In this document: positions 47,127 through 58,021 of the stretch, piece by piece
How positions within the stretch are numbered: the stretch's first letter is position 1
Layout: the number at the start of each line of letters is the position of its first letter
Assembly: GCA_963744035.1 (NCBI GenBank)
Contig: CAVURZ010000004.1
Coordinates: 653,440-717,439, forward strand
DNA: 64,000 bases
Direction of reading: 5' to 3'
Source of the DNA: an uncultured Solirubrobacteraceae bacterium
Lineage (GTDB): Bacteria > Actinomycetota > Thermoleophilia > Solirubrobacterales > Solirubrobacteraceae
Notes under the pieces: generated by a model
The model's database searches: none
What the model was told of the DNA's origin: nothing
Seen by the model: the letters and a program-made list of their open reading frames with translations, nothing else
Translations under genes and position numbers: made by a program

Positions 47127-48307
47127 CCGGCGCCCGCCCCGTCCGGCCGGTGGGTTTGGCGGTGGCGCTGACCCCGGATCCACCAGGGCGCCTGCTCGCC
47201 GGCCGCGGCAAGGGCCCCGGCGGGCGCCGGCAGCACGCGGGCCGCCAGCGGCCGGATCGCCCCCGCACGACTCAGCAGCTCGACCACGTGCTCGCCGATG
47301 CCCAGCGAGGCGGACAGCCCCGTCGAGCGGATCGCCGCGACGTGCAGCAGCCGGCGCATCCGCTGAGAGAACTCGATCAGATAGTTGAGCCCGGCGCCGG
47401 CCGGGCGCAGGCCCGCGTAGCTGCCGATCTGCTCGGCTGTCGCGAGCGGCGGATAGCTCGTGCCGAGGCGGCTGAGGATGATCTCGGCTGCGTCCGGCTC
47501 GACCGACCAGTCCTCCTTGTCGGTGCGGTCGCGGGCCGTGGGGCCGGCCACCAGCTCGCCGGCCAGCGTCGGAAACACCAGCACGCCCTTGCCGAGCTTC
47601 GAGGGAACGGGCAGAAGGATCTGCTCGAGAGCTGCCTCGCCGGGCATCCTGAAGACCAGAAACTCACCCTTGCGGGGATATATGGCGAAGCTCGCGTCGC
47701 CGGCCAGGCGAGCGATCCGGTCGGCGTAGAGGCCGGCGCAGTTGACGACGGCTCCCGCCCGCACGGGCACACCCCCGGCGACCTCCACCAGGATCACGGC
47801 GCCGTCGCCCTCGACCCGCAGACCCGCGACCGGAGCGTCCAGCACAACGGCGGCGCCGGCGCTGCGTGCCGCCTCGGCAAGGGCCTGTGTGTAGGCCACG
47901 GGATCGACGAGGGACTCGCCCGGAATGTCCAGGACGTGCTCGGCGCTCAGATGGACCTCGACGCCGTTCTGCCCCGCGTTGCGGGCCAGATCGGCCACCT
48001 GCGCCCTGCCCGCGTCATCGACGGGGCGCATCTGCGCGCCGCAGCGGCGCACCTCGAGGGCCAGCTCATCGAGCAGCTGCTCGCGCAGGACCCCCGAGCG
48101 GATGATCATGCGGGTCTCGAGGGCGCCCGGCGGCGAGTCGAAGCCGGTGTGCAGAATCCCCGAGTTGGCGCCGCTGGCGCCGAGGGCGAGGCCTGCCTCG
48201 GCCTCCAGCAGCGTCGCCGAGACTCCTCGCCGGGTGAGGGCGTGGAGCACCGCGCAACCGAGCACTCCCCCGCCGACGATTGCGACCTCGGTGTCTAGCG
48301 AGCTCAC
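47123..48307 (-). CDS. FAD-dependent oxidoreductase (GlpA/LhgO-like)
   Basis: IVGGGVLG, SGANSGILHTG, NCAGLYAD, PRKGEF and GLRP motifs; coupled to the glpK-like gene. Confidence 0.85.
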   Translation of the reverse strand: MSSLDTEVAIVGGGVLGCAVLHALTRRGVSATLLEAEAGLALGASGANSGILHTGFDSPPGALETRMIIRSGVLREQLLDELALEVRRCGAQMRPVDDAGRAQVADLARNAGQNGVEVHLSAEHVLDIPGESLVDPVAYTQALAEAARSAGAAVVLDAPVAGLRVEGDGAVILVEVAGGVPVRAGAVVNCAGLYADRIARLAGDASFAIYPRKGEFLVFRMPGEAALEQILLPVPSKLGKGVLVFPTLAGELVAGPTARDRTDKEDWSVEPDAAEIILSRLGTSYPPLATAEQIGSYAGLRPAGAGLNYLIEFSQRMRRLLHVAAIRSTGLSASLGIGEHVVELLSRAGAIRPLAARVLPAPAGALAAAGEQAPWWIRGQRHRQTHRPDGAGAG

Positions 48308-48553
48308 AGTTATCGGACAGTAGCGCCTGCGAGGGGTGCCTCGATCGAGCCAAATGCTCGCGCGGGAGCCACATCCGCCGCCTTTTGCACTCGGGGAGGT
48401 TTCGTGATTCCTTTACCTTCCGGTTGTAGCGTGAGGTCTGTTCAGTCGAGGGAACACCCCTCTTATCGGCTGGTGGACGCGCGCTCAGGAGAGCAGATCC
48501 TTGTCTTCATCGGTAACCACAGGTTTCCCCTCAACTGAGCCGGAAGGTCGCTG

Positions 48554-49294
48554 ATGGCGCTTTCCGCTCCGGTCCGCGCCCCCGAGCTGATGGAGCTCGA
48601 AACGCTGGCCGTCTGCGCCAAGGAGGGCTCCCTGGCCGCTGCCGGCGTCGCCCTGGGCATCAGCCGCCCGGCGGTGGCGAAGCGGATCAAGAGCCTCGAG
48701 GCGCTGGCCGGCTGCCCGCTGCTGCACCGCGGAGGCCGCGGTGTCAGCCTCACCGACGCCGGTGCCGTGCTGCTGGACGGCGCGCGCCGGATGCTCCAGG
48801 AGAGCGACACGATCGTGGGCGTGCTGACAGACATCCGCGCACAGGGCCCCTCGCCGATCTCCGGCCTGCGCGATCTGCTCGGGCCCTCCGGCGCCGGCCG
48901 CCACGCCTCGGCGATGGCCGAGACCCGGCTGGTGGAGACCGAGCGGGTCCTGGCGGCCGTGCTCCAGCACACCTCCACGGGCGTCGTGATCTCGAATCCC
49001 GAGACCGCCGAGATCCACGAGGTCAACGATGCCTTCTGCGAGTTCACGGGGCTCACCCGTGAGCAGCTGCTCGGGCTGCCCTCGACCGATCACCGGGGTT
49101 GGTATGAAAGCGGCGACCGGGCTCGGATACTCGAAGAGCTGGCGCGAACCGGTCGCGTGGAGCGGATGCCGATCAGGATGGTGCGCAAGGACGGCGGGGT
49201 GCGCCCGGCGATCGCGACCGTGCTGCCGATCACCCTCGGCGGCCGGCGGCTGTGGCTGGGTCTCATCGAGCAGGACGCCCCCAAACCGGCCTGA
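48554..49294 (+). CDS. LysR-type HTH fused to a PAS domain
   Basis: EGSLAAAGVALGISRPAVAKRIKSLE..LLHR..VSLTDAG, then GVVIS..EVNDAFCEFTGLTREQLLG..RKDG. Confidence 0.8.
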   Translation: MALSAPVRAPELMELETLAVCAKEGSLAAAGVALGISRPAVAKRIKSLEALAGCPLLHRGGRGVSLTDAGAVLLDGARRMLQESDTIVGVLTDIRAQGPSPISGLRDLLGPSGAGRHASAMAETRLVETERVLAAVLQHTSTGVVISNPETAEIHEVNDAFCEFTGLTREQLLGLPSTDHRGWYESGDRARILEELARTGRVERMPIRMVRKDGGVRPAIATVLPITLGGRRLWLGLIEQDAPKPA

Positions 49295-49321
49295 CGAAGG
49301 TGCCCGGGTTAGCATCCGGGG

Positions 49322-50434
49322 ATGGAGATCGCGCCGTTCGAGATCGAGCGCTTCTACGAGCGCTGGGAGTTCAGCGCGGAGCTGATGCTCTCGAGCAGCG
49401 ACTGCGAGTCCCGTGCGCTCGGCGAGCTGCTGGCGCTCGAGCCGGACGCCGGGGAACGCCTGCAGAACATGCGCCTGGGCTACACCGAGGTCCCCGGTTC
49501 ACAGGAGTTGCGCGAGGCGATCGCATCGCTGCACGATGTCTGCGACGCCCAGGATGTGCTCGCCCTGGCGGCGGCCGAGGAGGGCATCTTCATCGCCTAC
49601 CACGGCCTTCTGGGACCCGGCGACCACGTCGTGGTGGAGTCCCCCTGCTACGGCTCGGCCGTCGAGCTGGCCCGCTCCACCGGCGCCGAGGTGAGCCTCT
49701 GGGAGCGCCGCTACGAGGACGGCTGGGCGCACGACCTGGAGGAGCTCGAGCGCCTTGTCGGTCCGCGCACGAAGCTGATCTACATCAACAGCCCGCACAA
49801 CCCGACCGGAACACAGATGAGCCGGGCGACATTCGATCGGGTGATCGAGCTGGCGGGGACGAGGGGTGCGGCCGTGTTCAGCGACGAGGTCTACCGGCTG
49901 CTCGAGCACGACGAGGCCGACCGCCTGCCCGCGGTCTGCGATGTCTATGAGCGCGGCATCTCGCTGAACACGGTCTCAAAGTCCTACGGGCTGCCGGGTC
50001 TGCGCATCGGCTGGGTGGTCTGCCGCGACGCCGGGCTGCTCGAGCGGATGCGCGCGATCAAGCTCTACACGACGATCTGCTCGAGCGCCCCGAGCGAACT
50101 GCTGGTCGCGCTGGCGCTGCGCCACAGCGAGCAAATCGTCGCGGACAGCCGGCGGCTGCTGGAGCGGAACCTGCCGCTGCTCGAGGCCTTTCTCGAGCGC
50201 CGCAGCGAGACCTTCGGGTGGGTGGCGCCGAGCGCCGGGCCGATCGGCTTCCCGCGGGTCACGGGCATCGAGGACGTCACCGCCTGGTGTGAGCGGATCG
50301 CCACCGAGGCCGGGGTGCTGCTGCTTCCGGGGAGCGTCTACGGCGAGCCGGGCCACGTGCGCATCGGCTACGGCCGAGCGCGGATCGCCCAGGCGATCGA
50401 ACGCCTGGAGTCCTACCTCGACGCACCCATCTAG
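49322..50434 (+). CDS. class I/II PLP-dependent aminotransferase
   Basis: [13 protein letters not shown] and [13 protein letters not shown] motifs. Confidence 0.9.
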   Translation: MEIAPFEIERFYERWEFSAELMLSSSDCESRALGELLALEPDAGERLQNMRLGYTEVPGSQELREAIASLHDVCDAQDVLALAAAEEGIFIAYHGLLGPGDHVVVESPCYGSAVELARSTGAEVSLWERRYEDGWAHDLEELERLVGPRTKLIYINSPHNPTGTQMSRATFDRVIELAGTRGAAVFSDEVYRLLEHDEADRLPAVCDVYERGISLNTVSKSYGLPGLRIGWVVCRDAGLLERMRAIKLYTTICSSAPSELLVALALRHSEQIVADSRRLLERNLPLLEAFLERRSETFGWVAPSAGPIGFPRVTGIEDVTAWCERIATEAGVLLLPGSVYGEPGHVRIGYGRARIAQAIERLESYLDAPI

Positions 50435-51195
50435 AGGACCTTCGAGAGGAAGGCGCGGGTACGCTCGTGCTGCGGGTTGGCGAGGACCTCCTCGGGCGGG
50501 CCGCTCTCGACGACCAGGCCGCCGTCCATGAAGACGACCTTGTCGGCGACCTCTTTGGCAAAGCCCATCTCGTGTGTGACGACAACCATCGTCATGCCGT
50601 CGCGGGCCAGATGCTGCATGGCGTCGAGGACCTCGCCGACGAGCTCTGGGTCGAGCGCCGAGGTGGGCTCGTCGAAGAGCATCAGCTTGGGGTCCATGGC
50701 CAGCGCCCGGGCGATTGCCACGCGCTGCTTCTGCCCGCCGGAGAGCTGAGAGGGGTAGGCATCGGTCTTGTCCGCGAGGCCGACCCGGTCGAGCAGTTCA
50801 GCGGCTCGGGCCCTGGCCTGATCGCGGCGGAGGCCCTTGACGCGGATGGGGGCGCAGGTGGTGTTCTCCATCGCGGTCATGTGGCCGAACAGGTTGAAGT
50901 GCTGGAAGACCATGCCGATCTCGGCCCGCTTGCGGGCGACCTCGGATTCGCGTAGTTCGTGCAGCACCCCGCCCTCCTGGCGGTAGCCGACCAGCTCGCC
51001 GTCGACCGACAGGCGGCCCGAGTTGATCTTCTCGAGGTGGTTGATGCAGCGCAGGAACGTGGACTTTCCCGAGCCCGAGGGCCCGAGCAGGCACATGACT
51101 TCCCCGGGTGCCACCTCGAGGTCGATCCCCTTCAGGACCTCGTTGCGCCCGAAGCGCTTGTGGACTCCCTCGGAGAGGACCATCGGGGGGCTCAT
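50431..51195 (-). CDS. polar amino acid ABC transporter ATP-binding protein
   Basis: [28 protein letters not shown] and VTHEMGFA motifs. Confidence 0.95.
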   Translation of the reverse strand: MSPPMVLSEGVHKRFGRNEVLKGIDLEVAPGEVMCLLGPSGSGKSTFLRCINHLEKINSGRLSVDGELVGYRQEGGVLHELRESEVARKRAEIGMVFQHFNLFGHMTAMENTTCAPIRVKGLRRDQARARAAELLDRVGLADKTDAYPSQLSGGQKQRVAIARALAMDPKLMLFDEPTSALDPELVGEVLDAMQHLARDGMTMVVVTHEMGFAKEVADKVVFMDGGLVVESGPPEEVLANPQHERTRAFLSKVL

Positions 51196-52139
51196 CGCTG
51201 CTCCCGTCCGCTCGGTGGGCCGTCGGGCGCTCCTCGGCGGAAGCTGAACAGCCGGCTCAGCAGCGTGGCCTGCTGTTCACGGGAGGCTCCGCGTCCGTAG
51301 TAGCGCTCGAGGTAGAACTGCCCGACGTAGAGGATCGAGGTGCAGACCAGGTACCAGATGCTGGCCACGATCAGCAGGGGGATGGTTTTGAAGTTGGACG
51401 AGTAGATGTTCTGCACCGCGTAGAGCAGGTCGGCGACGGCGATGACGCTTACCAGCGAGGTCGTCTTGAGCATCGAGATCGTCTCGTTGCCCGTTGGCGG
51501 GATGATCACGCGCATCGCCTGCGGGAGGACCACGCGGCGCATCGTCTGCATCCGTGTCATGCCGAGCGCGCGGGCGGCGTCGCCCTGGCCCTCATCGACC
51601 GAGATGATCCCGGCGCGGACGATCTCCGCCATGTAGGCGCCCTCGTTGAGACCCAGGCCGAGGATCGATGCCGTGAACGGTTTGATCAGGGTGTTGGCGT
51701 CGGGGTGCACGAATGATGGGCCGAAGGGAATGCCCAGCGAGATCTTCGGGTACAGGGCCGCGATGTAGTACCAGAAGATCAGCTGTACGAGGACCGGCGT
51801 GCCGCGGAAGAACCAGATGTAGAGCCAGCTGCCGCCCGAGACCAGCGGGTTCGGGGAGAGGCGCATGATCGCCAGGATGATTCCCAGCGCGACGCCGATC
51901 GCCATCGCGATGATCGTCAGCTCGATCGTCAGGCGCAGGCCTTCGAGGACCCGTTCATCGAACAGGTATTCATCGACCACGCCCCATTCGAAGCGTGGGT
52001 TGGTGACGATCGAGCGGACCCCCGCGACGGCGAGGACCAGGACGATGGCCGCCGCAATCCAGCGGCCCGGATGGCGGACGGGGACGGCCCGAATCTCCTC
52101 GGGCCGTCCCGCGTCGTCGGTGCCCTGTGCGGAGGACAC
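51192..52139 (-). CDS. polar amino acid ABC transporter permease
   Basis: [19 protein letters not shown] and an EAA-like loop followed by LPQA. Confidence 0.95.
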   Translation of the reverse strand: MSSAQGTDDAGRPEEIRAVPVRHPGRWIAAAIVLVLAVAGVRSIVTNPRFEWGVVDEYLFDERVLEGLRLTIELTIIAMAIGVALGIILAIMRLSPNPLVSGGSWLYIWFFRGTPVLVQLIFWYYIAALYPKISLGIPFGPSFVHPDANTLIKPFTASILGLGLNEGAYMAEIVRAGIISVDEGQGDAARALGMTRMQTMRRVVLPQAMRVIIPPTGNETISMLKTTSLVSVIAVADLLYAVQNIYSSNFKTIPLLIVASIWYLVCTSILYVGQFYLERYYGRGASREQQATLLSRLFSFRRGAPDGPPSGREQR

Positions 52140-52150
52140 CCCCGCTCAGC

Positions 52151-53059
52151 TCAGCTGGTCGCGCCGTTGATCGTCGGTTCGGTGATCGCGCCTTCCTGGG
52201 TTCCCCACTTTTCGAGGATCTGCTTGTACTTGCCGTTTTCGATGATCACCTTCAGCGCCTGGTAGATCGGCTGGGTCATTTCGGTCGTCTTCGGGATCGC
52301 CAGACCGTAGGGGGCGAAGCCGTAGGTCTTTCCGACCAGCTTGAAGCCGCCGTTGGACTGCTTGATCTGGTAGGCCACGACCGGAGAGTCGGCCATCCCC
52401 AGTTCCGCGCGTCCGCTGGAGACGGCGAGGTTGACGTTGTTCTGCCCGGGGAAGCTCAGCACGGTGACCTTGGACTTGCCTGCCGAGGTGCACTTCTTGG
52501 ACTGGGCTTCGGATTCTTCCTGCTCGACGGTGCCCTTCTCGACGGCGACCGTCTTGCCGCACAGGTCGGCCAGGGTCGTGACCCCGGGGTTGGCCGTGCT
52601 CTTGGCGTAGAAGGAGATGCCGGCCTTGAAGTAGTCGACGAAGTCGACTGTTTTCTCGCGTTCCTTGGTGTCGGTGAAGGAGGAGGCGCCGATGTCATAC
52701 CGGCCGCCCGCGAGCCCCGGGATGATCGCTTCGAAGTTGGCGTTGGTGAACTTCACTTTCAGCCCCATGGTTTCGGCCAGTGCCGTCATCAGGTCCGCGT
52801 CCATGCCGATGATCGTGTGGCCGTCCGAGGCGAGGAACTCGTTCGGGGCGTACTGCGCTTCGGTCGCCACGTCCAGCGTTCCCTTGGATTTGATGGCCGC
52901 CGGGACTTTCGCTTCCACAGCCGCGTTGGCGGGTGTGGTGGTGCTGGTCGACGTCGAGGCCGTCGAGCTCGTCGTGGAGCTGCTGCTGCTGCTGCCGCAA
53001 CCGGCAAGAGCAAGGACTGCAAGAACGGGTACGCCGACTCGGGCGACCAGCTTGCTCAT
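52151..53059 (-). CDS. polar amino acid ABC transporter substrate-binding lipoprotein
   Basis: Lipobox LAGC, Ser/Thr linker, YAPNEF, TDTKERE..DFVDYF and DLCGKTVAV. Confidence 0.93.
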   Translation of the reverse strand: MSKLVARVGVPVLAVLALAGCGSSSSSSTTSSTASTSTSTTTPANAAVEAKVPAAIKSKGTLDVATEAQYAPNEFLASDGHTIIGMDADLMTALAETMGLKVKFTNANFEAIIPGLAGGRYDIGASSFTDTKEREKTVDFVDYFKAGISFYAKSTANPGVTTLADLCGKTVAVEKGTVEQEESEAQSKKCTSAGKSKVTVLSFPGQNNVNLAVSSGRAELGMADSPVVAYQIKQSNGGFKLVGKTYGFAPYGLAIPKTTEMTQPIYQALKVIIENGKYKQILEKWGTQEGAITEPTINGATS

Positions 53060-53146
53060 GTGAACCTCCTCCGTGGGGGAATGGGGGCCCGACCCGGAGC
53101 GGTCGAGGTCGCGTAAGTATAAGTATCGGCCTGCGTTTTCGGCCGC

Positions 53147-55585
53147 TCAGCGGGCCGGGAGGGTCACGGCGGCGCCGCGCGAGGCGCCGCGCAGGAGGCC
53201 CTCGATCACCTCGGCCGGACCCGGCCTGCCGATCAGGAAGCCCTGGGCCATTTCGCAGCCCATGTCGGTGACGGTGCGCAGCTGCTCCTCGGTCTCGATC
53301 CCCTCGGCGATGACCTTCAGGGACATCGAGCGGCCGACCCCGAGGATCGCCTGCAGCAGGTCGCGGCTCTGCTCGCCGCCCTCGAGGGCCGAGATGAAGC
53401 TCCTGTCGACCTTGAGGATGTCGGCCGGCATCTGCTGCAGCTGGGACAGGGAGGCATAGCCGGTGCCGAAGTCATCGACGGCCACGCTGACGCCGAGGGC
53501 CTTGATCTCGCGCAGGTGCTCGCAGGCGGCGCCGATGTCGCGCATTACGGTCGTCTCGGTGATCTCGATCATCAGCGACGCGGGGTCCAGCCCCGACTCC
53601 TCGAGGGCGCGGCGGACGTCGCCGGCGAAGTCCTCGCGGCCGAGCTGGTGGGCGGAGACGTTGACCGACATGCCGATCGAGCGTCCGTCCTCGCCGGCCC
53701 AGGCGCGGGCCTGGCGGCAGGCCTCTTTGAGCACCCACCTGCCGATCGGCACGATCATGCCGCTCTCCTCGGCCAGCGGGATGAACTCGTCCGGGGCGAC
53801 GATCCCGCGTACCGGGTGGCGCCAGCGCAGCAGCGCCTCGACGCCCTCGATGCGCCCGCTTGAGAGGTCGAAGATGGGCTGGTAGAGGAGGAAGAACTGG
53901 CTGGCCTGGAGAGCTTCGGTCAGGTCGAGCTCCAGGGCCACCCGCCCTTCGACATCGGCGTGCATGCTGGCGTCGAACAGGGAGTAGCGGTCCCGTCCGG
54001 CGGCCTTGGCGGCGTAGAGGGCGAGGTCGGCGTCGCGCAGCAGCCCGTCGGAGGTGGAGTACTGCCCGACGGCCACGCCGATGCTGACAGTCACCGAGAC
54101 GTTGCCCGCGTGGTGGCCCAGGTCGACGGGATCGCGCAGTGCCTCGACCAGCCGGTCGGCCAGGATGTCGGCGGTCGCCTCCTCAGCGCTCGATTCGACC
54201 AGCACCACGAACTCGTCGCCGCCCAGCCGCCCGACGGTGTCCTGGTCGCGCACGGCGGCCTGCAGGCGTTCCCCGACAGTTCTCAGCAGAGCATCGCCGG
54301 CGGCATGGCCGAGGTTGTCGTTGACGTGCTTGAAGCCGTCCACGTCGACGAACAGGGCGCCGGCGACCATCCCCGGCGTGCGGGCGGTGCGGGCTAGCAT
54401 CTGCTCGGCCCGATCGAGCACGAGCGCGCGGTTGGGCAGGCCGGTGAGGGCGTCGTGAAGAGCCTGATGGGAGAGCTCCCGGGTCTTTTCGGCGACCAGC
54501 GAGAGCGCCCGCGTGCGGCCAGTGCCCTGGAAGTAGACGAAGGCGGCGAAGAGGATGCTGATGAGGATCCCCCCAACGAGCAGCGTTACCGCATGCACGT
54601 CCCCGAAGACCCCTGCCGCCGGGGCCGGCGCGGCGGTGCGCACGCTCCAGCCGTTGTGCAGGGCGATCGTGGTCACCAGCCCGTGCCTGGGCTCGCTGCC
54701 ACTGTGGAAGACGATGTGGGAGGCGCCGGCGTCGTAGCGGAAGGTGACGGCCGTGTTGGGGTGTCCCTGCAGCGCGGTCGTGAGCAGGACGGTCGGCTCG
54801 AGCAGCTCGCCCAGCCAGCCGATGAAGGCGCGGTGGCGCCCGGCGAGGCTCGCCGGTGTGACGCCGCCCCGGTAGACGGGGGTCTGCACGCCGAGCGTCA
54901 GCACGGCCCCGGACTTGAAGGGGGCGTAGCTGGTCTGTCCGCTGTCGCGGGCTTCGGCCAGGCCCTTGGCCATGGCGCAGTAATCCAGGCCGGCCGGGAT
55001 GTAGGTGGCCAGGCTGCGCGACTGCCCGGCCACGGCGAAGCAGTAATAGGGCCTGCTGCCCGCCGGGAAGATGCTGAAGGGTTCCTTGGGCCCGGCCTTG
55101 TGTGGGCCCAGGGGTTCGACGGGGTCGCGGGCGAGGGCGGCTTCGAAGCCACGCAGCTGCTGCGCCGGGACGCGGGCGACCAGGCCGATGTTGAGGATCT
55201 CCGGGTAGCGCCTCATCGCGTGGACGGTCTGCAGCCAGCGGTCGAAGCGCAGCGGCGTCAGGTTGGGAGTGCCGGTTACGAAGGCGCTGGCGTTGACGAC
55301 GAGGTCTTCCTCATGCTGGATGGCCAGCTTCAGCGTCGAGGCGATGTCATCGGAGGCCAGGTGGAAGCCGAGGCGCTCCTTGTCGGTGTCGGTCCGCTTG
55401 ACGGCGTTGGCACCGTAGAGCGAGGCGACCGTGCCGATCAGGACCAGCAGAAGGCTCGCCGTGATCCACAGGCTCTTGCGGGCACGGATCCGCGCCGGGT
55501 TCTCAGGGGTTCCGATCACCCGGACTGATCGGTGCGGGGGCCCTGCGCCCGTCGTCCTTGGCGCCGTACTTGGACGGAATGGCAA
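53147..55585 (-). CDS. membrane sensor (CHASE-like) GGDEF-EAL protein; start uncertain
   Basis: Two TM helices flank an extracellular domain; [24 protein letters not shown] and DDFGTGY motifs are intact. Confidence 0.92.
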   Translation of the reverse strand: MPFRPSTAPRTTGAGPPHRSVRVIGTPENPARIRARKSLWITASLLLVLIGTVASLYGANAVKRTDTDKERLGFHLASDDIASTLKLAIQHEEDLVVNASAFVTGTPNLTPLRFDRWLQTVHAMRRYPEILNIGLVARVPAQQLRGFEAALARDPVEPLGPHKAGPKEPFSIFPAGSRPYYCFAVAGQSRSLATYIPAGLDYCAMAKGLAEARDSGQTSYAPFKSGAVLTLGVQTPVYRGGVTPASLAGRHRAFIGWLGELLEPTVLLTTALQGHPNTAVTFRYDAGASHIVFHSGSEPRHGLVTTIALHNGWSVRTAAPAPAAGVFGDVHAVTLLVGGILISILFAAFVYFQGTGRTRALSLVAEKTRELSHQALHDALTGLPNRALVLDRAEQMLARTARTPGMVAGALFVDVDGFKHVNDNLGHAAGDALLRTVGERLQAAVRDQDTVGRLGGDEFVVLVESSAEEATADILADRLVEALRDPVDLGHHAGNVSVTVSIGVAVGQYSTSDGLLRDADLALYAAKAAGRDRYSLFDASMHADVEGRVALELDLTEALQASQFFLLYQPIFDLSSGRIEGVEALLRWRHPVRGIVAPDEFIPLAEESGMIVPIGRWVLKEACRQARAWAGEDGRSIGMSVNVSAHQLGREDFAGDVRRALEESGLDPASLMIEITETTVMRDIGAACEHLREIKALGVSVAVDDFGTGYASLSQLQQMPADILKVDRSFISALEGGEQSRDLLQAILGVGRSMSLKVIAEGIETEEQLRTVTDMGCEMAQGFLIGRPGPAEVIEGLLRGASRGAAVTLPAR

Positions 55586-55658
55586 CCGCCGGAGGCCCGG
55601 AAACGCTTAGCCGTCCAGATCGCTAAGGGAACCAGGCGGGGGTGCCGATGAGAGGCTC

Positions 55659-57807
55659 GTGACCAACTTGCCGTCGTTCCCCAGCCGCCAGCGCTCGAAG
55701 ATCTTCCTCCTGCTCGCCGTGATGACCTGCGGGCTGCTGTGGCTCGCTGTGCCGGCGGGTGCCATCGTGGAGACGGTCGGTCCGACCACCGTCGGGCTCT
55801 CGCCGCGCGTGGGCACCGTCGAAGGGATCCACGTCGGCCAGGAAACGGTCACCAAAAGCTACGCCAACCCCGAAGGCAACCCGGTGCTCCACGGCGAGGG
55901 GATCTACGCCATCTACTGGGACCCCTACGACCACTATCACGGTGACTGGCAGCACGTGATCGACGGCTACCTCCACGATGTCGCCGGGGCCAGCGGATCG
56001 CTGTCGGATGTCTTCGCCGTCGACGCCCAGTACACGGACAAGACGAATGTGCCGGCCAGCTACAAGAACGTCTTTCACGGGGCCTACACGGACACCAACC
56101 CCTACCCGGCCTCCGGCTGCACCGACCCCGCGCCGTTTGAAAAACAGGACCTGATCGGCCCCGGTGAAACGGCCGTCTGCGTGACCAGCGCGCAGCTCGC
56201 CGCGCAGCTCGAAAGCTTTGTCACGCTGCACGGCCTGCCGAAGGGCATGGGCAGCGTCTATTACCTGTTGACCCCCCCCGGCGTAACGGTCTGCCTGGAC
56301 AGCGGCGGCGCCAAAGGCCACTGCTCCGACTTCGAGAACACCGAAGAAAGCTACGAACACAGCTTCTGCAGCTACCACGCGGCGGTCAACCCCGGCGGCC
56401 TGCCGACCGGCGACGGCAACACGATCGTCTACGGCGTGATCCCCTGGACGGCCGGCGGCTTCGGCGATCCTCACCTGACGCCGTTCGACCGCACCTCCGG
56501 CTGGGAATGCCAGGACGGCGGCTATGACGCCAGCAACCACGAGGCCTTCGAGGCGCAGAAGGAACTGAACGAAGAAGAAATCAAGGCCTTCGAAGCGATG
56601 GACAAAACCGAAAAAGAAGCATTCGAAGAAGCGCAGGAACTCGAAGGCCCCCACCAGCAGGAGCCCAACCAGCAGCCCTGCCCGAACCCCGACGGCGGCT
56701 GCGACACGGGCCTCTCGGATCTGATCATCAACCAGCTGAGCCTCCAGCAGCAGGACATCGTCACCGACCCGCTGCTGAACGCCTGGCAGGACAGCGCGCA
56801 CAACGAGAACACGGACGAGTGCCGGTTCTTCTTCGCGCCCACGATCGGCGGGGGCGTGGGGGCGAACGTCGAAACGGCTTCCGGCACGCCTTTACAACCA
56901 GGAAATCGGCGGCGACAACTACTACCTCAACGATGCCTTCAACCTGGCCGCCAGCAGGCTGCCCTATCCGGGCGTCCCGTGCATGCCGGGCGTCGACCTG
57001 CTGCCTCAGTTCACGGCGCCGAGCCCCGTCAACTCGGGCGAAACGGTCGGCTTCGACGGCATGGAGTCGGACATCACGCTCGACGCGGCGGTCAACTACC
57101 CCGGCGCCGGCGCCCCGGCCGCGAACTACGCGACCTACAGCTGGAACTTCGGCGACGGCACCTCGGCCACCGGCTACGCCCCCGGCGCGCCGGTCTGCGA
57201 AGCGCCCTGGCTCAGCCCCTGCGCCGCCTCGGCCTTCCACTCCTACACCTACGGCGGGACCTACAACGTGACCCTGACGGTCACCGACGTGGGCGGCAAC
57301 GTCGCGAGGTCAGCCACGAAATCACGGTCGTCGGCCCGGCACCCCCGGCACCGAGCACCACGGCCCCCGGCTCAGCCACCGGTCCGGGCGCGAGCGGCAG
57401 CAAGGTCGCCAGTCATCGTCAACCCGATCGCCGCCGCAGCTGTCCTCTCCCACTCGCTGAAGACGGTGCTCAAGAAGGGCCTGTCGGTTCGCTACTCGGT
57501 CAACGAGCAGGTCGCCGGCCACTTCGAGGTGCTGATCTCCAGCGCGCTGGCCAAAAAACTGAAACTGCAGGGCTCGCCCGCGACGGGGCTGCCCGCCGGG
57601 ACGGCTCCGCAGGTGATGATCGCAAAAGCGTTCCTGGTCACGACCAAGGCCGGGCGCAGCACGATCCAGATCAAGTTCTCCAAGGCGACCGCCGCCCGGC
57701 TGCGCAAGGCTCACAAGGTGCCGCTGCTGCTGCGGATGTATGTCCGCGACGCAGCCTCCAAGAGCCCGGCAACGACGACGGTTCTCAGCTCCGTCACCCT
57801 GGACTGA
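55659..57807 (+). CDS. secreted Cys-rich protein with PKD domain and basic C-terminal domain (frameshifted)
   Basis: Signal peptide; PKD motifs YSWNFGDG and HSYTYGGTYNVTLTVTD; Pro/Thr linker; Lys/Arg-rich tail. Confidence 0.8.
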
Positions 57808-57814
57808 GCCGGGT

Positions 57815-58009
57815 CTACTCCGAGCGGTCGCGTTCGCCCCGCCGGGCGCGTGCCTTGGGGCGGAAGACGAACCACCAGAGCCCCGCGATCACCAGGTAGC
57901 CGATGACCATCGAGGCGACCGAGATGACGGCCAGCCCCGTGCTGCTCTGATTGGCCGATTCGCCGTCGAGGCCGAGGGGCAGCGAATGCAGCAGCGCGAG
58001 CAGTGCCAT
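57815..58009 (-). CDS. small single-TM hypothetical protein
   Basis: 64-aa ORF with hydrophobic helix LAVISVASMVIGYLVIAGLWWFVF and a basic tail; directly downstream of the NlpC/P60-like gene. Confidence 0.6.
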   Translation of the reverse strand: MALLALLHSLPLGLDGESANQSSTGLAVISVASMVIGYLVIAGLWWFVFRPKARARRGERDRSE

Positions 58010-58021
58010 CGGCGGGCCGCC

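Noticed and set aside
48430-48550. Glycine riboswitch (GGAGAG-like and CTCAGG words near amino-acid genes)
   Set aside because: The conserved elements are not in the required order and no convincing aptamer stems could be built.
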